Part shown: positions 23,433-37,590 of the stretch, in pieces
How positions within the stretch are numbered: position 1 is the stretch's first letter
How the letters are laid out: each line of letters starts with the position of its first letter
Assembly (NCBI GenBank): GCA_951406725.2
Contig: OX597822.1
Coordinates: 92,814,001 to 92,878,000 of the forward strand
From: Octopus vulgaris
Lineage: Eukaryota
DNA: 64,000 bases
Reading direction: 5' to 3'
The notes under the pieces: generated by a model
Databases searched by the model: none
Seen by the model: only the letters and a program-made list of their open reading frames with translations
What the model was told of the DNA's origin: nothing
Translations under genes and position numbers: made by a program

Positions 23433-23480
<48 letters not shown>

Positions 23481-23605
23481 CAGGGTGTTTCAAAAGACGC
23501 CATACATTTGAACAATTTATTTTTTTATAACAGTTTTTATATTTAACTGTTTCTTATTAAAAAAATTAATTTTCCCCCATGTATGGTGACTTTTGAATCA
23601 CCCTG
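23481..23605. mobile_element. Tc1/mariner MITE
   Basis: TIRs CAGGGTGTTTCAAAAGACGCCATACA / TGTATGGTGACTTTTGAATCACCCTG flanked by TA, inside a TA microsatellite. Confidence 0.85.
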
Positions 23606-23623
23606 TATATATACATATATGTG

Positions 23624-23667
<44 letters not shown>

Positions 23668-23691
23668 TATGTGTATATGTATATATGTGTG

Positions 23692-23740
<49 letters not shown>

Positions 23741-23796
23741 AAATTTTAGCAGTGGCCAGCATTTTAAAAAATACCTTTTAAGGTGAAAATTATAAG

Positions 23797-23997
23797 CAAC
23801 TTTTGAATAAGAGCAAAAGAAAGAAATTTCTATGTCAAATATGCCAAGAATAGACTTTAAATCATCAATAACCACATATAATTTATTCATCACTATAAGC
23901 ACAACAATTAATTATATGTGGTTATTGACGATTTAAAGTCTATTCTTGGCATATTTGGCATAGAAATTTTTTTCTTTTTTCCCTTATTTATAAGTTG
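23797..23997. repeat. ~200-bp imperfect palindrome
   Basis: 23797-23883 is the reverse complement of 23910-23997 (GCCAAGAATAGACTTTAAATC / GATTTAAAGTCTATTCTTGGC). Confidence 0.85.
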
Positions 23998-24043
23998 TAT
24001 ATTTTTGTAGATATATAAGTATGTATATATATATTTATGTATG

Positions 24044-24083
<40 letters not shown>

Positions 24084-24301
24084 TTGTGTTTTATGTTGTT
24101 ACTTGTGGAATAGTTACATTGTATTGTTTATATTAGTGATGGGCAGGTGTTGCTATATGGTAAGGAGTTTGCTTCTCAACATCATGGATCTGGGTTCAGT
24201 CTCGCTATGTGGTATCTTGGCAAAATGTTATGTATTATAGCCTTGGGCTGACCAAAGCCTTGTGAGCAGATTTGGTAGACTGAAACTCAAAGAAGCCCAT
24301 T

Positions 24302-24477
24302 GTCAAAAATAGAAAATACTAAGATAATTTTATAGTGAATCTTTCAGTACCGGTTTCGGTCATATATATATAGATCATATTATATATATATATATATAAT
24401 ACGATCTATATATATATGACTGAAACCGGTACTGAAAGATTCACTATAAAATTATCTTAGTATTTTCTATTTTTGAC
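24302..24477. repeat. Near-perfect 176-bp palindrome carrying the 3' half of a hammerhead (GAAACCGGTA)
   Basis: GTCAAAAATAGAAAATACTAAGATAATTTT... is mirrored by ...AAAATTATCTTAGTATTTTCTATTTTTGAC around a (TA)n centre. Confidence 0.9.
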
Positions 24478-24521
24478 TTGTTTTTTCATATATATCAACT
24501 CATGTGTTCCTTTCCACCCTT

Positions 24522-24560
<39 letters not shown>

Positions 24561-24561
<1 letters not shown>

Positions 24562-25711
24562 TTATATACTACATATGTGGAAAACCGGTGTGTTTGTTTG
24601 TGGCATTGTTAGCTAACTCCTCCTACATCGTTTTATTGATTTTGATGAAACTTGATACATAAGTAGAACTCATGCCTGGAAATCTCATGACATACTTAGA
24701 TTGTTGAAAATATCGATAATACGGCCTCTGGAAGGGACCTTTATATCAACCTCTTATAACTATTTTTTTAAACACCGAAGTGAAATAACCCATAGCACCA
24801 GTACAATATTTTTAAACACTCAAGGGAAATAACCCATTTCATTGTTTATGTTTGATTACTTTGAATATTGAATTTTTTTGTGTGTCCTATTTCTAATTTT
24901 TGCAGACAATATCACTTTTATACTTTATTGTCACTTGAGTAGAACTCATGTCTGGAAACCTTGTGACATACTTAGATTGTTGAAAAAAAATCGATAATAG
25001 GGCCCTCCCAATCGATCCTTCTATCTACTACATATTACCAATGTTTTATTTAAACAACCCAAGGGAAATAGCCCATACCACCTGCAAATTCTAGCGAAGC
25101 GATCAATATTTGATTCTCATGATCAGCTGACCTAATTCTGTATTTCACTACTCAGAGTTTTGAACTGCTAAGCATTACTATTGCACTTCCTTAATTTGAA
25201 TCTTACACATTAAAGACTTCATTCATACATTTCTATACATACATAGTTTTTTGAATGCCCATTACTCCGATAATTCTGCATTTTTACAGTTGTACTTTTT
25301 CCATGACAGTTGATAAATTTTTTATTCCTCAACGTATTTGTAGTGGCTTCATGCAGGCATAGTGTGGATTTGATCCTCGATTGTTAAATTTCGCTTAACA
25401 CTTCAACAGCGCTTTTTTCATGCTAAAACAATAGTTTTTCTGTGAATGACAACAGTTATACATTTCCCAGATGCCTTCGCTAAGCAAAATAATGTCTTTG
25501 TCTCTTGCCAACCTCCGCTACTAACCTCTCTCACCAACCTCTGAAAACCTCTCTTGCCAACCTCTAACAATCAATCTCTCACTCCTCCAGCTGACAGTTT
25601 TTTTACTTTTTCGTGACGGAAAATACACCTTTTGTGGCATCTTATATCAGAGTAATAAGGTGTTTCAATAGAACATCTTAACCCCTGGTAGTTACCGGTT
25701 ACACCAGCTAG
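24561..25711 (+). mobile_element. Non-autonomous Helitron-like element nested in a family A SINE
   Basis: 3' hairpin CTGGTA-GT-TACCGG then CTAG|T; GATTTTGATGAAACTTGATACA block shared with the 50560 element; internal ~140-bp duplication (about 24662 and 24939). Confidence 0.7.
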
Positions 25712-27522
25712 TATATATGTATATATGTGTCTGTGTTTGTCCTTCCACCATCACTTGACAACCGATGTTGGTATGTTTACATCCCCGTAACTTTGTGGTT
25801 TGGCATTAAAGATTGATAGAATAAGTACTAAGCTTACAAAGAATAAATCCTGGGGTCCATTTGTTTGACTAAAGGCAGTGCTCCAGCATGGCTGCAGTCA
25901 AGTGACTGAAACAAGTAAAAGAACAAAAGAAAAAATATATATCTATACAATGTGTGTGTGTGTGTAAAAGCCTTTGTGTCTGTTCCCCATCCCACCCCCT
26001 TGCTTGGCAGTTGGTGTTGGTGTGTTTACATCCCCATAACTTGGTGGTTTGGTAAAAGAGACTGATGGACTAAGTACCAAATTTTAAAGAAAAATGTAGT
26101 GGGGTTGATTTATTCGACTAACATTTCTTCAAGGTGATGCCCCAGGCATGGTTGCAGGTATTTTTGTGATAGTTATTACTGTCTTCACGAAAGCTGTTTC
26201 CATGTCCACACCAATCCCGTATTGCTTTCCTTTCCGATAAGGGCTGCAGTGGATTTTTAGTTACTTCAACTGTAATGTTATCTACCCATCAGTGTTGCTG
26301 GCCTACCATTCCGTATGTGCCCCTCCGTCCTCAAAGTTCATTGATGTGGCTAATGCTATTGTTGTTTTCATTGCTGAGATTTTAAGATGGAAGAAAGAGG
26401 GTGTGTGATGTTCTGTGCATAGCTCTTTGTCAGAAAGAGTAAAGAGGAAAATGTTCAGAGAGAAGGGAAAGAAAAGTCCCGAGAATAGCACACGTGTCAT
26501 TACAGGAATGAAAAATAACTCACATGCAAACACATACTCAGGGGCACACACACAGACACACATCTTATCATCATTATCATTCTAGCATCCATTTTCCCAT
26601 GCTTGTATAGGTCAGATGGAGTTTATTATTCAGGTAGATTTTCTATGTCTGGATGCCCTTCCTGTCGCCAACCCTCACCTGTTTCCCATGGCCAGACATG
26701 CTTTTCACAGAATATTGTATGACAAACTATTCTTGGACTTGTCTCCTTTACAACTATCACATGATGTGAATACAAGGACACACAAAACACACACTCTTAC
26801 ATCCATCCATCCATCCATCCATACATACATGTGCACACGCACACACGTGCACACACTCACACACACACACACACATGATGGGCTTCATTCAGGTTTTATC
26901 CACCAATCCACTTGCAAAGCTTGCTTTAGTCGGCCTGGGGTTATTAGCAGATACTTACCCCGGGTGTCATACCATGGGACTGAACTCAGAACCATGTGAT
27001 TGGGAAGCTAACTTCCTACGACACAGCTGAAATTACACACACACACACTCACACACACATGTATATATGTTGTATGAGAGAGTAGCAGGAAGCATGGTGT
27101 TGGTATTTCATTTATTTCCTATCCACGATCGATTCAGCGATTGATAATCAAGTTCGATTAATAATCACAATTTACAAAATATGTTTGATGAGATTGGTTA
27201 AGGACTGCTTCATCAGGCAGAAACCTGGGGCTCATCGCCATATACACCCATCTTTGCTCTACTTCTTGCTTGCCTTCCATACTCCACTGGATATTGGATA
27301 TATTACAAAATCACTGTTTACGATGTATATATATCTCTATGTACACGCACACACACACACACACACTCTCTCTTTTTCTCTTTGAGAGTGATATGATGCT
27401 TGAACAACTTCCTCATAACAGGTTGTATGGGAAGTGTTTTAAAATATAACCTGATAGACATGTGTGTACGTACATGCATTTGTATTTATCAATGTGTGTG
27501 TATATATGTATGTCTTTATTTA

Positions 27523-27569
<47 letters not shown>

Positions 27570-27713
27570 TCATGTATATACATGTGTATATATTTGCATA
27601 TATACAAACCTATATTTGTTTGTGTGTGTATGTATATATATATGTGTGTGTGTGTATGTGTGTGTGTGTGTGTGTATGGTCGCGGCCTTCCGGCTAAAAC
27701 ATTTTTAAGGATT

Positions 27714-27765
<52 letters not shown>

Positions 27766-28280
27766 CTGGCTTCCGTGCCGGTGGCATGTTAAAAGCACCA
27801 ACCGATTGGGGCCGCTGCCAGACTCCCCTGGCACGTGAAAAGCACCCACTATACTCGCGGAGTGGTTGGCGTTAGGAAGGGCATCCAGCTGTAGAAACAC
27901 TGCCAGATCAGACTGGAGCCTGGTGCAGCCTCCTGGCTTCCCAGACCCCGGTTGAACCGTCCAACCCGTGCTAGTGTAGAAAACGGACGTTAAACGATGA
28001 TGATGATGGTTGTTTACTCCTTATGCAGAGTTTGACCACCTCCTGTACCTACAGCTTAGAACCGTCATGGCATCCGATGTGGCTTTTTAAACCAGACAAT
28101 GTTTTGAAAAGGTACCCACATAGATTGCATATCCAATCTGCATCACACATATACACACATAAGAGCTTATGGTTGTATATATATATACATACTTATGCAG
28201 AGGGTGTGTAATATGTCAATATACCTGTTTGAGCTTGGCTAAAATAGTTTTTTGTTTTTTCCATATATCTATGGAGATAC

Positions 28281-28319
<39 letters not shown>

Positions 28320-28893
28320 CGTAGGCGGCAGAGTATATTCTATTGTTTTATGTCAGTTTGCCTATCAAGTGTATATTTCCATTTAGTAGTCGTAGTAGTA
28401 GTAGTAATAATAGCAGAAGCAGTCGTTGCTTAGTCCCAGGTGAATCCTGATGGAATACACCTGTGATCAAATGTGTCGCAGCTATGCACACCTTGTCATT
28501 TCTCTCAGGTATTGCAGCTTAGAGATTTTCCTAACATGTGGCTGTGTGGTTCAGAAGCTTGCTCGGTAACCACATGGTTCTGAGTTCAATCGCACTGTGC
28601 AGCACCCTGGGCAATTGTCTTCTACTGTATTCCTGAGCTGACCAATACCTTGTGAATGACTTTGGTAGGTGGAAACTGTGTGGAAGCCCATATATGTGTT
28701 TGTGCATGTACACACACACACACACACACAGAGGCATGGTTGTGTTGTTAAGAAGCTTGTTTTGCAATCACTTGATTTCAGGTTCAGTCTCACTTCATGG
28801 TTCACTGGTCAAGCGTCTCCTATTATAGCCCCAGGCTAACTAATGCCTTGTAAGTGGATTTGATTGTCAGAAACTGTGCAGAAGCTTGTCATG

Positions 28894-28926
<33 letters not shown>

Positions 28927-29998
28927 ATTCTACCTTTCCATTTTTTGAGTCAGCAAATTGTGTGATTTGAAGGGAATTTGACTGCTTTTTCTAGCAAATA
29001 AACATCCATGTAAAAGTCCTGTCTTTGTCTCCAGGAGTTTCTACATTGGTTCTGTGTGTGTGTGTGTGCGTGTGTATTTGTAATTAAAGCTCCCCTTGCT
29101 ATCCTGCTAATTTTCTAATTTTACCAGACCGATTCTGTGTTGCCGTAGCAACATGACAACATGAAAGGAGAGTGAAACAGTTGAAACCTGCTTCTTTTAT
29201 AACATGTTGTATTTTATGTCCTGCGTTTTGTGAGCAATAACTGTTTTGGTTTCTAACAGCACGAGTGTGACCAAACACACACACACATACATATGGCACG
29301 CTGTTGGTTATGGCAACGAGTGTTCTGTTTGATCTCATCAATGGAACAGCTTGTTTGTGAAATTAACGTGCAAATGGCTGAGCACTCCACAGACACGCAA
29401 ACTCTTCATGTCGTTCTCAGAGAGATTCAGTATGACACAGAGTGTGACAAGGCTGGTCCCATCTGAATTACAGGTACAACTCATTCTTGCCAGCTGAGGT
29501 GACTGGAGAAACATGAAATAAAGCGTCTTGCTCAAGGACATAACCTGCTGCTGGGAATCGAACTCACAACCTTACAGTCGTGAGCCAAAAACCCTAACCA
29601 TTAAGCTACACAATCCCCCCCCTACACAAGGTGTTTTGGTCTGTCTTTTGAGCGATGTGTCTTTGATCAAAACTGCCCTGTGGTATTTATTGTGTGTCAG
29701 TGAATAAATCAGCAGAGTTACAGTGTCAGGCAAAAGCTCTTGTGATATTTCTTTTGGTTCTCCGCATTCTGAGTTCTAATCTTACCAAAGTCAACTTTGT
29801 CTTTCATCCCACCCCGCCACGGTCCGAATATTTACATGGTATTATTTATAGTCTTATGTGCTTCAAGATCTGCTGTTCATACAGCGCTAAAATTAAAAAA
29901 TACTGCTCAGGAATCCACGAGTTTATTACTACAAGTAACAACACAAGAGTAAATAAATACTGGTAAATTATAGATACAAATATATATATATATATATA

Positions 29999-30167
29999 GG
30001 CATAGGAGTGGCTGTGTGGTAAGTAGCTTGCTTACCAACCACATGGTTCTGGGTTCAGTCCCACTGTGTGGCACCTTGGGCAAGTGCCTTCTACTATAGC
30101 CACGGGCCGACCAAAGCCTTGTGAGTGGATTTGGTAGATGGAATCTGAAAGAAGACCGTTGTATATT

Positions 30168-30206
<39 letters not shown>

Positions 30207-30432
30207 GTGTGTGTGTATATAGTTGTGTGTCTGTGTTTGTCCCCCCCAACATTGCTTGACAACCGATGCTGGTATGTTTATGTCCCTGTCACTTAGCGGT
30301 TCGGCAAAAGAAACCGATAGAATAAGTACTAGGCTTACAAAGAATAAGTTCTGGGGTCAGTTTGCTTGACTAAAGGTGGTTCTCCAGAATGACCACAGTC
30401 AAATGACTGAAACAATTAAAAGAGTAAAAGAA
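29999..30432 (+). mobile_element. tRNA-derived SINE, family A, full length
   Basis: Complete head, microsatellite centre and AAAAGAGTAAAAGAA tail. Confidence 0.9.
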
Positions 30433-32917
30433 TATACATTCTTACGTGCCACCAGCACAGGAGCTAGGCAGGCGGGCCTGGCATCAATCATGTTCGGACA
30501 GGGCTTTTTACGTGCCATCAGCACCAGAGCCAGTCAGTAGGTACTGGCATCGGCCACGATCGGTTGGTGCCTTTTATGTGCCACTGGCATGGGAGCCAGT
30601 CAGGCAGACCTGACATCGTCCACGTTCAGATGGTGCCTTTTACGTGCCACCGGCACGGGAGCCGGAGAGATCATACCAAAGCTGACATAGGAGTTTGATG
30701 CAGTCGTGTGGTTTGTCAGCTCCTGTTGAGCTGACCAACCCATTGCCAGCATTGAAAGTGGGTGTGAAATGATGATGATAAAAGAAGCCCCATAGAATAT
30801 TTTTGTTGCAAGGTCCAGGCTTGATTGTTTTTTTTCTTGCCATTGTGTAGTACATCACTTGAAAAGCACCCACACCTACTGTCCCCCCTCCATGTGTGTA
30901 TATATGTTTGCATGTATGTGTGTATATATAACATGATTACCACCTTATTTTACTGGACCCTCATTTATTGTTCATGATCAGAGAATCCATTATATATGTA
31001 TCCACCCACCTATACACACGCATCATTATAACATGGGAGTGTCATTGTGTCAATAAGAAACACTCACACATACACACACTGGTTCTATTTCACTTCTTGT
31101 TACTATCATTAATTTACTAATTGATTGTTTGATTAATCATTTGATCATTCAATCAATCAGCTGGTTTGTCAGTCCTTTCTCAAGTCCTAGGATTCGAGAC
31201 AGTAATGTCCAGGAGTTGATGATGCTGATGGATGTAGGTGGGATGTGTGTATGTGGCATTCTTTGACTGTTATTGTTTCAGATCGTTGGTCCTAATTGAA
31301 TTTGCTTATGATCATGTGTTCCAGCCATGACCATCTCATCTCATTTGTGTGTGTGTGTGTGTGTTAAATTGTTTTTGAGATAGTAGGGTGTAGTTTGATG
31401 GATGCTTAGCTGTTGTTTCTAGCAGGTTGATCAACCAGAAGTCTCCAGTGTTGGTATGAATTATCGTGTAGGTGTTTATGATGTGAGTGTGTGTGTGTGT
31501 GTGTGTAGGAGTACTTGATGTTGATATTCTGTGCATGTTGTGACAGACCTTGTGAGGAAACTTCTGGCAGTCCAAAGTTTCTGGCGGCTGAGCGGATCAG
31601 TACGTGAGTACCATCATCAAAGACCCTCCCTCCCTCCTTTTAGATTCCTTCCTCTCACTAAACTGACACTGTCACCACTGGAGTAAGTACTTTGTTGAAG
31701 GAGGCCAACAAAAGAGCCCCTTACATGGTCACTCAGCATGTTAGAAATCAGTCAGATCTTAAATCTTGCCTAATTTGTCTTGAAGGAAGGTGTGGAGTGT
31801 AATGTCATCATGTGATCACCTACACACTGGGAAAAGACAAGGTGGTCATGGCTGGAAGGCCTTTGATCATATAGCTGCTGGAGTTAAGAAGCTTTCTTTT
31901 CAACTACATGATTTCTGGTTCAGCCTTCCTGTATGGCACTTTGGACAAATGCCTTGTACTGTAGCTCCAGGATTTGGTAGATGGAAACTGAGTGGAAGCC
32001 TATCGTGTATGTGCATATATATATGTCTTTGTGTGTGTCTCTTCTTCACTTGATAATTGGTGTTGGTTTGTTTCCATCTCTGTAACTTAGTGGTTTGGCA
32101 AAAGAGATTGATAAAATAGGTACCAAACTTGAAAAAATAAGTACAGGAGTTGATGCTTTTTTTTCCTCAACGTATTATCTTAAAGTTAGTGCCCTAGTAT
32201 GGCCGCAGTCCTGTGACTGTTAAAAAAAAAAGGAAAAGATAAAAATCAGGCTTGACCTGGAGCTAAACATCACCACCACCACCACCACCACCACCACTGC
32301 CATCATCATCATCATTATCATCACCACCATCATCACCATCACCCCACCCCCCAATCATCATCGTCATCATCATCATCAACATCAATCTCGTTTAAAAACT
32401 ATATAATAAAACCAAAATTGGAGCGACCAAAAAAATGCAAAGCGTGTTCATACTTGAATATAAAAAAAAATAGAAATGAATTTGGTGGGGATGGGGAAGG
32501 TGGGGGCTATTAATGAATGAAAGATCCACGATGGGGGGAGTAGTAGAGAGTGATAGGAGAAGCCCTCCCCTACTCCCTTCACCTCTGCTTATCTGAAAGG
32601 GTGGTAGTGGTGGTGGTTGTATGTATAGTGTAGTCTTGGTGATATTGCTGTTTAAGGTACTCTTGTGACACTGTCTACCTGGGGGTAATGTACTGAAAAC
32701 AAACCTGTGTTTTTGTAGTGCTTGGTTGCCCCCTTACCACACATATACACACACACACTTGTCAGAATCTGTGTATGTGTGTGTGTGCAAGTGTGTACTT
32801 GAGCATTGATGTTTGGCTGTTGGACTGAATGTGTGTATGTGGTGTATGTGTGTCTGTGTCCATATGTATAGAACTGTGTGTATGTATGACTTTTTGTGTG
32901 TGTTTGAGTTTGTAAGC

Positions 32918-32977
<60 letters not shown>

Positions 32978-33214
32978 TCTCTCTCTGTCTCTATATGTGT
33001 GTGTGTGTGATTGTGTATTTTTACAAGTCAAACTTTTATTAAATTGTGTGTATGTGTATATCCACACACACACACACACAAGTTTTATTCCCAAAGTGTA
33101 GGTCAACTATACACTGCAAAATATAAATATCCACACTCCAACACTTGAAACATACCTGTTACAACACTTCATCTTGATTTGAATGTACAGGAATTGTTTG
33201 TTTGTTTGTTTGTT

Positions 33215-33424
33215 TTTCCAGTTTCAGCTCTTGAGCTGTGGCCATGCTGGGGCACCGCCATTGTGGTGAAAGAGTACAGCAGGGATCACCACCCCCTGCC
33301 GGAGCCTCGTAGAGCTTTTAGGTGTTTTCGCTCAATAAACACACACAACGCCCGGTCTGAGAATCGAAACCGCGATCCTGCGACCGCGAGTCCGCTGCCC
33401 TAACCACTAGGCCATTGCGCCTCT
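33215..33424 (-). mobile_element. Short tRNA-derived SINE with the CR1-like LINE tail
   Basis: Head GGCGCAATGGCCTAGTGGTTAGGGCAGCGGACTCGCGGTCGCAGGATCGCGGTTTCGATTC; tail nearly identical to 21126-21166. Confidence 0.8.
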
Positions 33425-33720
33425 AATGTGAATGTATTTAGAATGGCCAAACTTATTTCCTATTTCTTTATTGCCCACAAGGGGTTAAACATAGAGGGAC
33501 AGACAAATGGATTAAGTTGATTACATTGACTCCAGTGTGTAACTGGTACTTAATTTATTGACCCCCGAAATGATGAAAGCAAAGTCGACCTCGGCGGAAT
33601 TTGAACTCAGAATGTAAAGCATTTCGCCCGGTGTGCTAATGATTCTGCCAACTTATTTCTGCAAATGTGCTAAGCACTGATGCTAATCATAGTTTAATCA
33701 ATAAGTGTAGGAGTGAGGTA

Positions 33721-34030
33721 AATGCAGTAAAAATAGGGGGTGAGAGACAGTGGGACCCATTTAAACGGCCCTTCAGAAATTGAGCCTCCTTACGATACCC
33801 CTTGGGATTTCATTGTATGACATTCATTGCCATTGCTCTGATTTGATCGCCAATGCCATGTATTTAGTTTAAAATGCAGTAAAAATAGGGGGTGAGGATC
33901 AGTGGGGCCTCATTTAAGTGGCCCTTCAGAAATTGAACCTCCTTGCAATACTCCTTGGGAGTTCATTGTATGACATTTGTTGTCATTTCTCTGATTTGGT
34001 CGCCAATGCCATGTATTTAGTTTAAAATAT
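33721..34030. repeat. ~153-bp tandem duplication (2 copies plus partial), possibly inside a rolling-circle element
   Basis: AATGCAGTAAAAATAGGGGGTGAG...GCCAATGCCATGTATTTAGTTTAAAAT repeated. Confidence 0.75.
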
Positions 34031-35323
34031 TGTTAAATTGGATGGGTGGCCAATGGGGCCCCAGTTAGGTGGTCCTTAAAAAAATAGACCCCCTTAAGGC
34101 ATTCCCTGGGATTAGGGAAGTTGCGGGTTTGAGTTTCATTTTCCTTGCACCAACAGTCTAGGAGTTAATGAATATAATGTAACAGGCAGAGGAACTTCTC
34201 TCAAATTTATAAAAGGATAACACTTACCCAAGATGACATGTAGTAAGATTGAACCTAGGACCTGATGGTTGTGAAACTGATTTCTTAACCATTCAGCCAT
34301 ACTGCATCAACAGTTGCAATCCCCAACCTTTTTTGCACCACAAACCACTTTCACGCAAGACAATTCTTCCATGGACCATGACATCACAGGCATAACAGAA
34401 TACAAAATGCACAATCACATACATAATACACATCTATCACATGCTCACCATTTTTTCTCAGTCTATAAATCTATTTTACGGGTTACATATATCATCTCTT
34501 GACAAGGCCCCTTACCTGAAATAAAGTGTTAATACTTAAACTATGCAAATTGGTAGCCCTAGTTCCCTGTAGCTACTGAAATTGAAACAGACTTGCTGCT
34601 TGTTTCTCTGGAATTGGTCTAAATTAATGTTGACGCCACTGATGAGAATTCAGATTCAAAAATCGATCAAGGTTTTTTGTCATTTTTTTCAGTCTTCAGA
34701 GAAATAGCTAAATTAGCCCTACTTATAAATCTGTTTTATGGGTTACACGCATAACATCATCATCATCATCATCGTTTAATGTCAGTTTTCCATGCTGGCA
34801 TGGGTTGGATGGTTTGACTGAAGGCTGGCAAGCCAGAAGGCTGCACCAGGCTCCAATCCAATCTGGCAAAGTTTCTACAGCTGTATGCCCTTCTAACACC
34901 AACTACTCCAAGAGTGTAGCGGGTGCTTTTTATGTGCCACTGGCACAGGAACCAGTCAGGTGGCACTGATAACAACCACGCTCTAATGGTGCTTTTTACA
35001 TGCCACTGGCATGGGAGCTAGTCAGGTCCAGTTTTTCTCTTAGGGTGCTCACACCTTATGTGTGTATGCACACTGACATTATACATCCAGTGGATCATAC
35101 TAGCTTCATTTCTTTCAAACCTAGGCATCTTTAAAAAAATTCTTTTGGCAATGCGATGGTCATCTCAAGACTATTCTGGTGTCTTAAAATAAAAAATTGA
35201 AAATGTTTTTAGTCAATTGCCATTTTTTTACTTTTTTAGTTTTGTTTTCCAATAATTGTTTTTTTCTTTTACTCTTAATTTTAATTTCCCAAACTAATTT
35301 CTTTTTTTTTTTTCTTCTCACAG

Positions 35324-35491
35324 CTTCAAAGTTTGAAGGATGAATATGAAAGGCAAATGGAAGATTTGAAACAAGAATTCTATGACGAACGGATTAAACA
35401 TGTTAGAAGCAATACTAGTGAGAGTCAGGCCAGTGGCAGCAGCGAGATGGACGAGGGATCTAATGGAGCTGTTGACAATAAACAGGAGCAG
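35324..35491 (+). CDS. Exon of host coiled-coil protein (LQSLKDEYERQMEDLKQEF...DNKQEQ)
   Basis: Long polypyrimidine tract then cag acceptor; CAG|gtgagc donor; 168 nt, phase 0/0; open, purine-rich frame. Confidence 0.88.
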
Positions 35492-37039
35492 GTGAGCTTT
35501 GCATTTCTGGTTCTCATGATTTTATTGATACATATACTCTTCACCTTTCATTTGTTCCAGTCATTGGACTGTGGCCAAGCTGGGGCACCAGCTCAAAGGA
35601 TTTTTAGTCAAACAAATTGACCTCAGTAATTATATCTTTTTTTGAAGTTGTGGGTTTCTTTTGCCAAAACACTGAGTTTTATGGAGACATAAACAAACCA
35701 ACACCGTTTTTTATGCAGTGCAGGAAGCAACACACTCTCATACACACAGACACATGACAGGCTTCCACACAGTTTCCATCTACCGAAATTCACTCACAAA
35801 GGCATTGGTCAACCCAGGGTCATAAAATAAAGCACTTGGAGTGGGACTGAACCAGAAGCCACATGATTGCAAATCAAGCTTCTTAACCATACAGCTAGGC
35901 CTGCACCTAAAAGAAAGTTTTTTTTTTTATTTCTGTGGAAAAGAGGCAGTGCTCATGATCTCTCACAGATATCATAAGAATACTTGTTACTGAGTCAACT
36001 CTGCTAAAGGCTGAAAGTAACCTAGGTGGTGGTGGTGGTGGGTGGGTGGAAACTGGGGAATGGTTTAAGTCTAAGCCAGTGGTTATCAACCCTCTTTCTC
36101 CTCTGGACCCCTTTGATTCCCTTTTTACTCAAATGGACAGTCATAGCCATTTGATGTTTAACAAAAAAACCTCATATTTTTATATTAAAAATCAAAAGCA
36201 AATCAAGATGGAAATCAAAATGGAAATTGTAGTTCAAATTCTGCCAAGGTCGACTTCGCCTTTCATTCTTTCACGGTCGATAAATTAAGTACCAGTTATG
36301 TATTGGGGTCAATCTAATTAGCTTGCTCCCTCCCCCCAAATTTCAGGCCTTTTACCTGTAGAAAAGATTACTATGAAGCTGGCAGAAACATTAGCATGCT
36401 GGGCGAAATGCTTAGTGGTATTTTGTCTGCTGCTACGTTCTGAGTTCAAATTCCGCCAAGATCGACTTTGCCTTTCATCCTTTCGGGGTCGATTAAATAA
36501 GTACCAGTTACGCACTGGGGTTGATATAATCGACTTAACCCATTTGTCTGTCCTTGTTTGTCCTCTCTGTGTCTAGCCCCCTGTGGGTAGTAAAGAAATA
36601 GGTATTTCGTCTGTCTTTATGTTCTGAGTTCAAATTCTGCCAAGGTCGACTTTGCCTTTCATCCTTTCAGGGTCGATAAATTACATACAAGTTACATACT
36701 GGGGTCGATGTAATCGACTGGCACCCCACACCCCACAAAATTTCAGGCCTTGTGCCTAGAGTAGAAAAGAATATTTGTTTTGTCTATAAATTTTTTGAAT
36801 TTCATTCCCAGGTTAGGTTAATTTTAGGGTGGGATGGGCTAGAATTGGTATCATTTTGTTTAGTAGTTTATTACCAGAATAATAAGTCATTAAGTGCAGG
36901 GAAATATCCTGCCTGGTGTTCTTAGGGTTATGCCAAGTCATTGTTCCTGGATTGATACATTTTTTTATATTGACCCTGCGAGTATGTGTAACTGCCATTG
37001 GCTCATCCAGGTGTACAGTTATTAGTAATGGGACTCTGG

Positions 37040-37590
37040 GCCTATCGCAAAATGTTTTTTCCCCCACGACAGTTTTGGGCCCCAGTAATGAACTCATTTG
37101 CTTACAGCCAATCAGAGCTCACCTTGACCTTGTCGTCGAGTTAACAAAGGTTGACATTTAAGAACAGTGTTGTAAGTTGACCAATTGCCAAGTTATGCCT
37201 GAATTTAGAAGGAGACAAGTAATTAGATAGATTTGCATCTATAGCTGTTATCGGATTTTGGTAGGGCCCCATATGGTAAAGATGTGGATGGAGAAATGTG
37301 GGTAGAGGGGGATGTGCTAGCAACCCTCCCCCCTTACTGTTTTATAAAGTAAGCAACAACACAAATAACTACGCAGAGGCAGCCATGGTTGAAACAAGAA
37401 CAAGAACAACATGCATTCTTAAAAGAGAAAAGAAGCACAGTCATTCCTTAACCAAGTGACTTTTTCTTATCGCCCATCACTTGTTATACGCTAATAAATT
37501 AGTTTGATAGTTGAGCTCTGATTGGCTGTTTGCAAATGAGTTCATAACTGGGGTCCAGAACTCTCGTGGGAAAAAAAATTTACAGGCTTA
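37040..37590. mobile_element. MITE/foldback element with ~80-bp inverted ends
   Basis: CCCCAGTAATGAACTCATTTGCTTACAGCCAATCAGAGCTCA (about 37080-37121) versus TGAGCTCTGATTGGCTGTTTGCAAATGAGTTCATAACTGGGG (about 37512-37553). Confidence 0.65.

Noticed and set aside
31190-31240. Possible small exon (IRDSNVQELMMLMDV)
   Set aside because: Weak splice signals and phases incompatible with the flanking phase-0 exons.
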